From a virus (taxonomy: Duplodnaviria > Caudoviricetes): a stretch of 32,309 nt of DNA. The position numbers were made by a program, and so were the translations under genes. Shown here in pieces: positions 6,732 to 16,682 of this stretch (positions within the stretch are counted from its first letter, which is position 1; every line of letters starts with the position of its first letter). The stretch lies in IMG/VR virus record IMGVR_UViG_3300031925_000025, positions 1 to 32,309 of that record; one strand, given 5' to 3'. The notes under the pieces are model-generated. The model was given only the letters and a program-made list of their open reading frames with translations. It was not told where the DNA came from and searched no databases.

Positions 6732-9220
6732 ATATTCAATCCTACTATCAAGCAGTAAAACCTTTAGCTCGTCCATGGCAAGCCCCTTTGACTGAGGTTG
6801 AAGTGGGCTGCTTTGCTGCGCGTCGATACAACACTATTGTTGAGCCTGATGATCTCAGTGTTCTGGAACGTAAGCTGTTCGAAGCGAACCCAGAAGACTT
6901 CGAATGGGCGCGAGAAAGAATTAAAGACCTACCGGATTACTTAACCAAGTATTTCGTGACTCGCTACATTTCCGTTTTCGAAAAGAAAAGCAGAAGAGAA
7001 GCGAACATCTTTTTGCGTGAGCGCATGGGGCCAGCTGCAGATCGTGCACTTATGGTTTTGCGCAAATACAAAAAACTACCGACAACCCAAAAGGTTTCTT
7101 TGCTTAGTGAAGAGTTTAGCGACACTGAGCAAAGCGACTTTGCCAACAATAAGCAAGCGTACTTTGATTTTGACAAGGTAGAGCGCAACCGCAAGCCAGT
7201 AAAAAGTCGATTGCTCGCAGAGCTGGAGCCATCTGAAATCAAAGAGATGGCTTTTAAAATCTCTAATATTGTTGACTGCTTTAGACTGAACGAAGGACGA
7301 AAGTACCATGCAGAAACGGATTTAGGTACTGAAATGGCAGTTGTGTTCACCTATGAACAAGTTGCTAAGTTCGTGACCAACACTTTTGGTGTTAAGCCTC
7401 CTCGCAAGTACAAAGAGCAATCTGAGCTATCTGCACTGCAAGACATTTCAAAGCTGATTAGCGAGAAGTGGTGGTGTGGCCGTCTTAATAAAATCCGCAA
7501 AATCATGCGTGAGCACCTAGCCATTGCAATGGGCCAAGTCTCTTCTAAGGCTTCGCCGTATGCGTCATGGGATTGTGTTCGTGAACACCAAGCACAACAA
7601 ACCGCCAACTATGAATACATCAAGCAATGCCAGTTATTAGATGAAGAAACAGGCGAAGAAGCTGATCTATGGGATATGGTCAAAAAGAGTGTGGCTAACC
7701 CTGCGATTCGTCGCCATGAATTGATGGTGCGTTGCCGTGGCTGTGAAGACATCGGCAACGAGCTTGGTTTACAAGGCCTGTTCTTAACACTGACCACGCC
7801 AGCTAAATATCACAACTCATACAAGAAAGGCGGTTTCATTGGTCACTGGAACGGCGCAAGCCCACGTGATGCGCAAACGTACTTAAACAATGTATGGCAA
7901 CGAATCCGCGCCAAGTTAGGCCGAAAAGACATCCGTTGGTTTGGGGTTCGCGTTGCAGAGCCGCATCATGATGGCACACCACACTGGCACTTGCTTATCT
8001 GGGTTAAGCCAGAGGACAAAGAGTTAGTTACAGAAATATTTGTCGATTACGCGACGAAAGAAGACAAGCACGAGCTATTTGATAAACAAGGCAAGTTTGA
8101 TCACTCGGCTCGTTGTGATGTAGGTGAAATTGACCCAGAGAAAGGCACCGCAACAGGCTACATCGCTAAATACATTTCCAAAAACATCGACGGTTTCGCG
8201 ATGGACGATGAAGTATCCGACGAAACTGGCAAGTCAGTTAAAGACATGGCGAAAAACGTTAGTGCTTGGAAAAGCCGTTGGAACATTCGTCAATTTCAGT
8301 TCTTTGGTGGTGCACCGGTTACGACTTACCGTGAATTACGCCGCTTTGCTAACCAGAACAAAAAAGCGTTTATGGAATACCTCTTCATGCAAGAGCGTGT
8401 CGACCTACTCACTATTTACTCGATGCTACAGCGTGATTTGGTTGGGCCTATCAAGCCGAGCAAGCTGATCACCAATGAAGAGTTGATGAAGGTGATCGGT
8501 GATAGCTACCAAGCACGCACCAAGTCAGAAGATGCAAGCATCACAGACACTTTAAAAGCTGCCGACCATGGTAACTGGCAAGGTTACATCATGGGGCAAG
8601 GTGGCCCATTCGTTAAGCGTGAAGATTTGCTGATCGTGAACTCTTATGAGGTTTTGCCGTTTGCTTCACCACATGGGGAAGACGTTCGCAAAATCGAAGG
8701 TTTCGCGACACCAGAAGAAACCATCAAAACTCGCACCAAAGTTTGGACGATTCAGAAGAAATCAAAGGTTAACGATGAAGCTAAAGCGTGCGCTCTTGGG
8801 AGCGAAGCGACCGCTTTTGGAGCCTCTGGCTCCTCTCGGAGTTCTGTCAATAACTGTACGGAGCCCGAGAAAGTACAGGTCTGCGATCAGCTAACTCGTT
8901 TACTCAATCCTAAACAGATTAAGGCGAAAGATTCGCCAACCATGGATGATGCGACACTGGCCGCGTTACTAAGAGGTAGTTCAGTTCGCGTCGATGAGGC
9001 GACCAGTATTCAAATCCGCCCTGCGGAGGTAGACGAACACGGCAATAAACGCCCAGCACAGCTAGTCGAAATCAGCCGTGCACCTGCAGAAGACAGGAAT
9101 TGGATGGAATTTGAGAGTTGGGACAAGGTATTTGCCCAACCAGAGCAAGTAAAAGATGAATACCAACAACCAGACCTTTCGTTCTTCCCTGAGTTGGAAA
9201 GCGACTGGCCATTAGCGTAG
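6728..9220 (+). CDS. Rolling-circle replication initiator (P2 gpA-like HUH endonuclease)
   Basis: FLTLTTPAKYH, RVAEPHHDGTPHWH, ATGYIAKYISKNIDG (two active-site Tyr), IRQFQFFG; start codon uncertain. Confidence 0.96.
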   Translation: MNIQSYYQAVKPLARPWQAPLTEVEVGCFAARRYNTIVEPDDLSVLERKLFEANPEDFEWARERIKDLPDYLTKYFVTRYISVFEKKSRREANIFLRERMGPAADRALMVLRKYKKLPTTQKVSLLSEEFSDTEQSDFANNKQAYFDFDKVERNRKPVKSRLLAELEPSEIKEMAFKISNIVDCFRLNEGRKYHAETDLGTEMAVVFTYEQVAKFVTNTFGVKPPRKYKEQSELSALQDISKLISEKWWCGRLNKIRKIMREHLAIAMGQVSSKASPYASWDCVREHQAQQTANYEYIKQCQLLDEETGEEADLWDMVKKSVANPAIRRHELMVRCRGCEDIGNELGLQGLFLTLTTPAKYHNSYKKGGFIGHWNGASPRDAQTYLNNVWQRIRAKLGRKDIRWFGVRVAEPHHDGTPHWHLLIWVKPEDKELVTEIFVDYATKEDKHELFDKQGKFDHSARCDVGEIDPEKGTATGYIAKYISKNIDGFAMDDEVSDETGKSVKDMAKNVSAWKSRWNIRQFQFFGGAPVTTYRELRRFANQNKKAFMEYLFMQERVDLLTIYSMLQRDLVGPIKPSKLITNEELMKVIGDSYQARTKSEDASITDTLKAADHGNWQGYIMGQGGPFVKREDLLIVNSYEVLPFASPHGEDVRKIEGFATPEETIKTRTKVWTIQKKSKVNDEAKACALGSEATAFGASGSSRSSVNNCTEPEKVQVCDQLTRLLNPKQIKAKDSPTMDDATLAALLRGSSVRVDEATSIQIRPAEVDEHGNKRPAQLVEISRAPAEDRNWMEFESWDKVFAQPEQVKDEYQQPDLSFFPELESDWPLA
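8831..8860 (+). other. Rolling-circle origin (gpA nick site) inside the rep gene
   Basis: CTCGGAGTTCTGTCAATAACTGTA closely matches the P2 ori (CTCG/GAGTCCTGTCAA), which also lies inside gene A. Confidence 0.8.
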
Positions 9221-9388
9221 TGAAAAGACAACCAACATTTTTATGTTGATGCAGCCCCATAACCACTGGCGTTAACATACCTTTCAATCGTTGGCAATGT
9301 CGCAACCTCGACATACACAACTCAATTATTTTCATGCAATCTACATTTTTAGGGGTTGCGCGTTTAGCAACTCATCATAACGTAGGCA

Positions 9389-9721
9389 TCAAGCTCGTTT
9401 CTTTTCCAGTTCTTGGTGAATCGAGTGGATGAGGTCTAGCAGCTCATTGCGAATGCTGGCTGGAAGCGATTGGATGAGTTCGTGTCGATACGTTGTGATC
9501 GTCTCGTGCAATGCAACATAGGAGAAATGAACGTTGAGTGCCGCGCAAAGCAACCGCATTTGGCGAATATCTATGGGTCGTTCGCCTTGTTCCAAACGTT
9601 GCAACATGCGGTATTCGATGCCAGATAAACGGGCAAGTACCTTTTGGGTTTTACGCTGTCTTAGTCGTTCTTGTATGAAAAACAACATTATAGGGTCGGT
9701 ATGTCGGTTTTCTGCAGGCAT
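9389..9721 (-). CDS. XRE-family HTH transcriptional regulator
   Basis: RLRQRKTQKVLARLSGIEYRMLQRLEQGERPIDIRQMRLLCAAL. Confidence 0.82.
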   Translation of the reverse strand: MPAENRHTDPIMLFFIQERLRQRKTQKVLARLSGIEYRMLQRLEQGERPIDIRQMRLLCAALNVHFSYVALHETITTYRHELIQSLPASIRNELLDLIHSIHQELEKKRA

Positions 9722-9916
9722 AAAACTCCGTCACTACTCGCCACATATGGCGGATTAGAACTATGGATATGCCAACTGTGGTCAGTGATGTATGAGAATT
9801 GATGCATGTCACAACGCCATAGTGTTTGAATAATTAGAGTGCTTCGATGCTATGAATACTGATCACCATATCAGTATAGGCAATAAATCAAGAATAAATT
9901 TGTTAGATAAAAACTA

Positions 9917-9932
9917 CTGTATTAATATACAG
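9917..9932. promoter_or_regulatory. LexA (SOS) box
   Basis: CTGT-ATTAATAT-ACAG, a full CTGT-N8-ACAG match, 23 bp upstream of the ATG at 9956. Confidence 0.85.
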
Positions 9933-9955
9933 TAAATCGTCAGTTAGGAGGCTAA

Positions 9956-10180
9956 ATGTCTGAACTACATCAAAAAGCAGAGGAGTTTGTTTTGTGTGCA
10001 CTTGCAGACGATACATGTGGCAACTGCGATCAGAACAACGAAGTCGGACTGTTTTTGTTGTCGCTGATTCTCGGACATAAAAAAGGGCAGCTGATCGCTG
10101 CCCCAGTGGAAGAGTTAAGTGCTAAAACAAGGCAAGTTGTTGCTTCAAGTGGTCGCGCTTGTCAGGAGATAAAACCTTGA
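9956..10180 (+). CDS. SOS-controlled small protein, candidate antirepressor (Tum analogue)
   Basis: Strong AGGAGG RBS and upstream LexA box; same position as 186 tum (after rep); function inferred only. Confidence 0.6.
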   Translation: MSELHQKAEEFVLCALADDTCGNCDQNNEVGLFLLSLILGHKKGQLIAAPVEELSAKTRQVVASSGRACQEIKP

Positions 10181-10574
10181 TTAGGCAATCTGCCAAATCG
10201 TTGGTCGTTTTTGATGATGGGCTTAGCGTGTGGCTAAAGTATAACGACATAACAAATTGATGTTCACATGCTGGGTTTTTACATTCGCAATAAAGGTCTG
10301 CACAATCGTTGGATAGGCGGTTAGTTTTCTTGATTACCGCCCGTTCTCCACAACCACAAAAAACACGGCTACCAAACATAGAAGGTTTGCTAGCCGCGCC
10401 AATTCCCATATGAAGCTTTGACGGTTTTAAAGAGTGTCTATATCCGATAGCACTAACAAAGGTGTGCCCACACTCTGGATTAGAACAGGAACAAGATAAA
10501 TCTGCGCAATTGGCATCGTTAATGATGCTTCTACTTACAATCGCGCGTTCACCACACTTGCAATAAACTCGCAT
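10122..10574 (-). CDS. ogr: Ogr/Delta-family late activator with two tandem zinc-finger domains
   Basis: RVYCKCGERA...DLSCSCSNPECGHTFV and RVFCGCGERA...DLYCECKNPACEHQFV...HTLSPS. Confidence 0.9.
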   Translation of the reverse strand: MRVYCKCGERAIVSRSIINDANCADLSCSCSNPECGHTFVSAIGYRHSLKPSKLHMGIGAASKPSMFGSRVFCGCGERAVIKKTNRLSNDCADLYCECKNPACEHQFVMSLYFSHTLSPSSKTTNDLADCLIKVLSPDKRDHLKQQLALF

Positions 10575-10619
10575 ACATTGACCTAACTTTTGACTGACTC
10601 AACAATATTAAAACGGTTG

Positions 10620-10635
10620 CTGTGTTTATGTACAG
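10620..10635. promoter_or_regulatory. Second putative LexA box, upstream of ogr
   Basis: CTGT-GTTTATGT-ACAG, 45 bp upstream of the ogr start. Confidence 0.6.
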
Positions 10636-10797
10636 TGATGACTTTCTTTTTATACAAATATTGTGTTACATATTTGTCGGGTGCTCTGCTTAATGAGCTG
10701 AATTCTCGTAAATTTCTTTATAGGAGGTAGTCGTGATGACTTGGATTAGATGATGGTAGGACGGCCTATCATCGTCGACAAAAGGTAGATGTATCAC

Positions 10798-10934
10798 ATG
10801 GCAGTAACAAAAACGCTGATCTCAAAAATTGATGTAGTACTAGAAGAGGAGGAGCGACTAGGGTTTATCACTGAACAAGAAGGAACTTGGTGATTGAAGC
10901 ATTAAGAAAGGCAGAGCAGGAAGCGGCAGATTAA
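10798..10934 (+). pseudogene. Probable frameshifted small gene (~45 aa)
   Basis: MAVTKTLISKIDVVLEEEERLGFITEQE continues as (R)NLVIEALRKAEQEAAD* if one base is restored at GAAGGAAC (~10880); ends just before a terminator. Confidence 0.35.
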
Positions 10935-10942
10935 CAAAAAGC

Positions 10943-10968
10943 AAGCCCCTAACGTTGATTAGGGGCTT
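10943..10968. terminator. Intrinsic, probably bidirectional, terminator after the portal gene
   Basis: AAGCCCCTAA-CGTTGA-TTAGGGGCTT with an A-run on the left and a T-rich tract on the right. Confidence 0.8.
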
Positions 10969-10972
10969 TCTT

Positions 10973-11998
10973 CTATTCGTTGGACGTAGAAACATCAAAC
11001 TTCAAATGGAGTCGTTGGGGGATCTCTGGGTCGCTGTTCACTTCATCCATAATCAGTTCACATACTGGAATGATTTCATCTTTGGCGTACTCGCTGCCAA
11101 TCTTGATCGGGTCGCCTAAACTGGTGGTACCCTGCGGGATAATGCCTGCTTTGCCTACTGGGAAGCGATGGCCCACAAGAATGTCTTGTGCGGTGATGTT
11201 CTTGATTCGCTCAAATTCATCTTTGGTGGCAATGTCACCCACAGGAATCAATTGAATCCCTTTCTCTTTACCGTTCGGGATGTTCACAAACATGCTGCGG
11301 AAGTTGCCCACGCCTTTTGAACTGGCAATGGTTTTCTTCATCATCTCTTCGTCTGCTTCGCTCAAGCTAGGGTCCGTCGCGTAAAAGATAAAGCCCATGT
11401 GTGCACCGTTCTTGTAATAGCGGCGGCGAAATAGTGTGGCATCTTTGTTTAGTAAGCTGCTTTGAATACTGCCCAAGTAATCGGCCAAACCATAAATTTG
11501 CTGTTGCGGGTCGTACTGAGGCAAGAAGATCACATCTTCTTTGCGCTATTCTCGCTGTTGGTTGTCTCGCTCAAGAATAACGAAGTTGCCGTTTTTGCGT
11601 TTGCGTAAGTACATGCCAGGTAACGGATGCAAGCGCACTACGCGTTTGAAGCCATCACGGATTTTTAAGAAAGCGGCATCACCAAAGGTGAAGTAATCGC
11701 GGCAAAAAGCTTGAATGTGTCTGCGGCGAGTCGAACCACCTTGTTGAAATCGTCCTGCGACATAGTTGGCCCGAGCAATCAACAAAGAGCCGTGATATGC
11801 GTTGGCTCTGGCTATGTCGGCTAATCCAATGCGCGAGATTGGCGGTTCCCAGTAGTTATCGGTGTCGTTGTAAAACAAATCTGAGTATGAGGTCATCCAA
11901 CTATTAGAGTCGATGGCTTCGGGTGTGGAGTCGATGTGATAGACCGACTCTGGTGATTGTTCTTCTTGTCTGACTAAAGTTTCTGTTTGCTCGGTCAT
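10973..11998 (-). pseudogene. Portal protein (P2 gpQ/PBSX family) interrupted by an in-frame TAG
   Basis: ORFs 11546..12013 and 10973..11533 share one frame: ...QQRE*RKEDVIFLPQYDPQQQIYG...; motifs YWEPPIS, FRRRYYKNGAHMGFI, SKGVGNFRSMF; ATG at 11998 overlaps the terminase stop. Confidence 0.9.
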
Positions 11999-13776
11999 GC
12001 TGCGGTTGCCCAAGTTGATTTAGTTGGTGTTGAGTGATCTAACGGCTCATTAATAATGGCGTGAGAGATAGCCCAGAATGCATCGGCGTGGCCTGTGGTT
12101 TGGCTGCGCTCTGCTTTGAATGTCATGGCGTTACCGCTGGCCGTTGGTACTCGCTTAATCGCCATAAACGCCATTGCAATGTCTTTGTGTTCAGCATCAA
12201 ATTGAAGTCGTTTGGCTTCTACGATGTCGATCATCTTCATCACTAGGCGGTTTTTGTTTTCGTTGCTGTAGTGGATTGCGTGAGCTTCACGCGGGTATTT
12301 CTTCGAAATCAAATCCCAAACACCACCGCCAATGCCTGTGGTATCTACTCCGATATAAGTCACCTTGTAGCGCTTAAAGACTTTTTCGATTTCTGAAACG
12401 TGATATTGGAAGTTGAGCCCTTTCCAATAGTGCTTTTCTAGTACGCGGAACCGTTCACCTGCGACGACAGGCGGAGCCACAACCACCAAACAGGCGTTGT
12501 CTCTGGTTCGGCTTGGGTCGTAACCCAACCAAACTTCTCGATGGGCAAAAGGTCGTTTGTTATTTGGCTTGAAGTCTTGCCAGTGGGCGGCATCAACCAT
12601 ACCTTTTTCAAGGTCTGAAAACTTGAATACAGACAGAGCCCCATCAACAAACACGCACATGAACAGGTTTTCGAAATCGTCTTGGCTGTACTCTTCGCGC
12701 AGTTCGTCAATGTCGAATAGGTCACAACCGCCGTTGGCCGCATCTTCAATGGTGACAACATAACGCCACTGTTTATCGTCGCAGAGTCGGCCACCGTCGC
12801 GATATTCTTCAAAGGTAGGGAATTCAATCTTTGCGCGAGACTCTTTGCCTTTTCGCCATTGGTCACCTGTCCAAAATGGGTAAGCCTGGTGCATCTTCGA
12901 TGATGGCGTAGAAAAGTAAGTTTTGCGCCACTTCTTATGCGTAGCCATTGCCGAAGCAAGTTTGTTCAGCTCGTCAAATTTGGGTATCCAGAAATATTCA
13001 TCGACATAAACATGGCCGTGGTAACTTTGGGCTGTTTTGCTGTTGGTTGATAAAAAGCGTAGTTCGGCACCGTTAGAAAGAATGATCGGGTTGCCGGTTA
13101 ACTCGATGTCTAAGAACTCTTTACCAATGGCAATAATGTAGCTGCGGAAAACCTCGGCTTGAGCGCGAGAAGCTGAAAGGAATATTTGGTTATCACCCGT
13201 TAGAATTGCGTCTTCTAACGCTTCACCACTGAAATAGTAAGTCGCCCCAATTTGGCGTGATTTTAGGATGTTACGAATACGCTGCTTAATGTTGTTACGC
13301 ATGACATGCTGATATTCGAACAGCGATTCATGCCAACCTACAAAGTCACCTTCACAAAGGTGCTCGATGTTGTTTTTGCCTTTACCTTTTTTCTTACTGT
13401 TGCCACTACCACCACGGCTTTGATTCGACGGCTCGGAACCATTCGACTTCGAGCTGCCTTGCGAAAGCATACGTTCAGCTTTGGCTTTTGCATCGGCATG
13501 AGCTTTTAGCAACTTAACGTGATGGTCTATAAGCTTATCCATCTCTTTAAGTTGCTGATCGCTTTTCTCGTCTTTATCAATTAACACGGCCAATCGGCGG
13601 TTAATCATTTCCTCAACAGAAAGTTCATTCAACACCAAAGCCCAGCCGAATTTCTCCGCCCAGGTATAAATGATGCGGTCGCTATTTAGGTTAAGTTGCG
13701 CCGCTATTTCCTTTGGAGGTACCCCGCGTAAATAAAGCTTTTTCGCGGCCTCTTTTATTTCATCTGAATATGCCAT
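11995..13776 (-). CDS. Terminase ATPase subunit (P2 gpP-like)
   Basis: [38 protein letters not shown]; likely start [15 protein letters not shown] at 13776 rather than the longer ORF. Confidence 0.95.
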   Translation of the reverse strand: MAYSDEIKEAAKKLYLRGVPPKEIAAQLNLNSDRIIYTWAEKFGWALVLNELSVEEMINRRLAVLIDKDEKSDQQLKEMDKLIDHHVKLLKAHADAKAKAERMLSQGSSKSNGSEPSNQSRGGSGNSKKKGKGKNNIEHLCEGDFVGWHESLFEYQHVMRNNIKQRIRNILKSRQIGATYYFSGEALEDAILTGDNQIFLSASRAQAEVFRSYIIAIGKEFLDIELTGNPIILSNGAELRFLSTNSKTAQSYHGHVYVDEYFWIPKFDELNKLASAMATHKKWRKTYFSTPSSKMHQAYPFWTGDQWRKGKESRAKIEFPTFEEYRDGGRLCDDKQWRYVVTIEDAANGGCDLFDIDELREEYSQDDFENLFMCVFVDGALSVFKFSDLEKGMVDAAHWQDFKPNNKRPFAHREVWLGYDPSRTRDNACLVVVAPPVVAGERFRVLEKHYWKGLNFQYHVSEIEKVFKRYKVTYIGVDTTGIGGGVWDLISKKYPREAHAIHYSNENKNRLVMKMIDIVEAKRLQFDAEHKDIAMAFMAIKRVPTASGNAMTFKAERSQTTGHADAFWAISHAIINEPLDHSTPTKSTWATAA

Positions 13777-13818
13777 AGCTGCATCATACGCCCCGAAAAC
13801 TCGCAAATGACTAAGTAA

Positions 13819-13865
13819 AATTCGGATGAATTCGGATTTAGCCAAAATCCGAATTTCTAGGAATT
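13819..13865. promoter_or_regulatory. Repeat array in the divergent late-promoter region; candidate activator site
   Basis: AATTCGGAT at 13819 and 13829, inverted ATCCGAATT at 13847 and degenerate CTAGGAATT at 13857. Confidence 0.55.
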
Positions 13866-13952
13866 GAAGTGGCTGAAAGCAGTCAGTCAAAGGCGTATTG
13901 TTTGCGTAAATCGAGATGTAAATAACAAACTTTTGAGTATGTGAGTATGTAA

Positions 13953-14819
13953 ATGCCAAAGATTAGTGACTGGAAAATCATAGCGACAGAAGGGCCAACC
14001 GTAGACGGACGTAAAATTACCCGTGAATGGCTGTCTCAAATGGCGGAAAGCTATGACCCAGAAGAATACACCGCATTAATTTGGCCCGAGCATCGTCGCT
14101 TTTATGGGTTTGGTGAGAACTGGGGCAAAGTTGTAGAGCTCAAAACCGAAGAAAAAGACGGAAAGATGCGTCTATTTGCCAAGTTGGAGCCTAACCAATA
14201 TCTACTCGATGCTAATAGCAAAAAGCAAAAGCTATTTACTTCTATCGAACCAGAACCTGACTACAAGGGCGAAGGGCGTTGTTACTTAATGGGCCTAGCT
14301 GCGACTGACTCCCCAGCCTCCACAGGTACTTCGCTACTTCAATTCTCTCGTAAAGACGGTGAGACCACTCGCCTTGAATGTAGCCACCTTGAAGAAATTA
14401 ACCTCGAAGAATGCTTTACCCGAAGTGAGCGTTTTTTCTCGATGTGTAATCAATTCTTTTCCTCTGGTGAAGATAAGCCAGAGAACCCATCAGAACCAGA
14501 GGACACAGACGTGACCGAAGAGCAACTACAAGCAGCACTGCAAAAGCAATTTAGCGCTTTTAAAGGTGAGCTAAAAACTGAGCTGAAAAACGAACTCAAA
14601 CAAGAGTTCAGTCAGCAAACACCAGAAACACCAGAACCGGAACAAACACCGGAAGGTGCAACAGTCGAGCAGTTCTCTGCTGCGGTAAATTCGGCTATTG
14701 CGCCTCTGATGGAAAAAGTTTCTGGCATTGAAACTAAGTTCAACGCCCTTTCGAAAGAAGTACCTGGTCAAGAGCCTCAAGGCGAAGGTGCGGCGGAAGA
14801 CACAAGCCACTTTTTGTAA
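13953..14819 (+). CDS. Capsid scaffolding protein/protease (gpO-like)
   Basis: [29 protein letters not shown]. Confidence 0.95.
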   Translation: MPKISDWKIIATEGPTVDGRKITREWLSQMAESYDPEEYTALIWPEHRRFYGFGENWGKVVELKTEEKDGKMRLFAKLEPNQYLLDANSKKQKLFTSIEPEPDYKGEGRCYLMGLAATDSPASTGTSLLQFSRKDGETTRLECSHLEEINLEECFTRSERFFSMCNQFFSSGEDKPENPSEPEDTDVTEEQLQAALQKQFSAFKGELKTELKNELKQEFSQQTPETPEPEQTPEGATVEQFSAAVNSAIAPLMEKVSGIETKFNALSKEVPGQEPQGEGAAEDTSHFL

Positions 14820-14832
14820 GGAGCAATAGTAA

Positions 14833-15846
14833 ATGCAATTAACTCAAACCGCTCGTGCATTACTGGAAGAATACTGCGCAAAACAGTGTGAAGTATTTTC
14901 TCGCCCTGATGTGAGTAAGCAATTCGCTATTTCGGGCCCAGTTGAAACGGCGCTAAAAAACAAGCTGATGGAATCAGTTGATTTCCTCAAGCTGATCACG
15001 GTTGAAGATGTAGACCAAATTTCAGGCCAAGTTGTTGATGTTGGTACCAACAAGCTACATACAGGCCGTAAAAAAGGCGGTCGTCATACCACATCAAGTG
15101 GTGTTGATGGCAATACCTACACCCTAGTCGAAACCGACTCTTGTGCTGTTGTTACGTGGGATTTGTTAAGCGTTTGGGCGAACTCCGGTAAGCCTGGCGA
15201 ATTCATGAAGCGCCTAAACGAAAACGCAACGCTGAATTTCGCGCAAGACATTATTCGTGTTGGCTTCAACGGTACTTCGGTAGCGGAAACAACGAACCCA
15301 ACGAATAACCCTAACGGTGAAGACGTTAACAAAGGCTGGCAGCAGCTAGTGAAAGAAAAATCACCAGACCAAATCATTGATGTAGACATTTATCTAGAGC
15401 CTGATGGCGGTGGTGATTACACCAACTTAGATGCAATGGCATCTGACCTAATTAACACCAAGATTCATCCTGCTTTACGAAGCGACCCGAATCTAATTGT
15501 GTTGGTTGGTGCTGATCTTCTTTCATTCGAACAGGCGCGTTTATATGACGCAGCAACTACGCCAACAGAGAAGAAGGCAGCGCAACAATTGCCAAACTCT
15601 ATTGCTGGTCGTCGTGCGATGTCGCCACCGTTCTTCCCTGGTATGCGAATGACAGTCACCACGCTGAAAAACTTGCATGTCTACACGCAGAAAAACACGC
15701 GTCACCGCAAGTCTGAGCACGTAGAAGACCGCAAACAGCATGAAAACTCATACCTACGTAATGAAGGTTATGCAGTGGGTGATCATGAAGGTTACGCAAG
15801 CTTCAATGAAGCGAAAGTGCACTTCGGTGCGACACCTGCAGCATAA
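14833..15846 (+). CDS. Major capsid protein (gpN-like)
   Basis: RVGFNGTSVA, GEDVNKGWQQ, PPFFP, YLRNEGYAV. Confidence 0.96.
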   Translation: MQLTQTARALLEEYCAKQCEVFSRPDVSKQFAISGPVETALKNKLMESVDFLKLITVEDVDQISGQVVDVGTNKLHTGRKKGGRHTTSSGVDGNTYTLVETDSCAVVTWDLLSVWANSGKPGEFMKRLNENATLNFAQDIIRVGFNGTSVAETTNPTNNPNGEDVNKGWQQLVKEKSPDQIIDVDIYLEPDGGGDYTNLDAMASDLINTKIHPALRSDPNLIVLVGADLLSFEQARLYDAATTPTEKKAAQQLPNSIAGRRAMSPPFFPGMRMTVTTLKNLHVYTQKNTRHRKSEHVEDRKQHENSYLRNEGYAVGDHEGYASFNEAKVHFGATPAA

Positions 15847-15852
15847 GGGTAA

Positions 15853-16575
15853 ATGACTATGCGCTTATCTCCTGGCATGAGAGACAACCTAGCGAAGAAA
15901 GCAGCAAGAGAGCAGAAAGCTTTTAATGTTAGCCCTGCGGCTGACACCGATAGTTTGCACATCAAGCTGATTGACTTCGAAGAAGACCGCAAGCATTTGC
16001 GCTCTTTCAATGCGATTGCTGATCGTGTCGAGCATAAGCGCAATGTCTTAGTCCCGAAATACAAACCGTATGTTCAAAGCTACTTAGAAAGCGGTGAACA
16101 GTTCGAAAACCCAATCTTTACCAACTTGGTGATCTGGCTATTCGATATTAAAGAGCTAGATACCGCCATTGATTGGTGCATGAAGGCAATCGAACGAGAC
16201 TTGCCAACACCAGAGAACTTCCGCCGAGATTGGCCGACATTCTGTGCTGATCAGGTCTTAGAGTGGGCCGAAAGCGAATCGGAACGTGGCAATTCAATTG
16301 AACCTTACTTCTCCAAAGTATTTGAGAAGGTAGAGAAAGATTGGCGCTTACACGAGAAGGTTCACGCCAAGTGGTACAAGTTCGCGGGTTTATACCTGAT
16401 TCGAAACGAAGAAGGCCAACCGCAAGCGACAGCGATTGGCAATTTGGAAACGTTGGAAAAGGCATTGGCTCTACTTCAACACGCTCACAATAAGCACTGC
16501 AAAGTGGGTGTGGGCACCCAAATCAAGAAAATTGAACAACGTATTCGTGCCATTAAAGACGGCAAGAATCTTTAA
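15853..16575 (+). CDS. Terminase endonuclease subunit (gpM-like)
   Basis: KRNVLVPKY, IWLFD, LPTPENFRRD, KVGVGTQIKK; position after capsid. Confidence 0.9.
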   Translation: MTMRLSPGMRDNLAKKAAREQKAFNVSPAADTDSLHIKLIDFEEDRKHLRSFNAIADRVEHKRNVLVPKYKPYVQSYLESGEQFENPIFTNLVIWLFDIKELDTAIDWCMKAIERDLPTPENFRRDWPTFCADQVLEWAESESERGNSIEPYFSKVFEKVEKDWRLHEKVHAKWYKFAGLYLIRNEEGQPQATAIGNLETLEKALALLQHAHNKHCKVGVGTQIKKIEQRIRAIKDGKNL

Positions 16576-16682
16576 AGACTCCTACGCCACCGCGCCTCGG
16601 CTGGTGAGGTAAGAGAAGCAAATAGGCTAACTCGATACCGTCGACCCAGTGGCTAGAGGCGCACTTATTCAAATAAGGAATC

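Noticed and set aside
9072-9335. 87-aa minus-strand ORF with a vaguely glutaredoxin-like start (MKIIELCMSRLRHCQRLK)
   Set aside because: No CxxC, overlaps the rep 3' end antisense by about 150 bp, no clear RBS
13777-13959. 61-aa N-terminal extension of terminase in the ORF track
   Set aside because: Runs through the divergent late-promoter region and overlaps the scaffold start; MAYSDE at 13776 is the family-typical start
14615-14655. Short repeats (ACACCAGAA) in the scaffold gene
   Set aside because: Encode a TPE-rich linker; ordinary coding low complexity, not a CRISPR or VNTR
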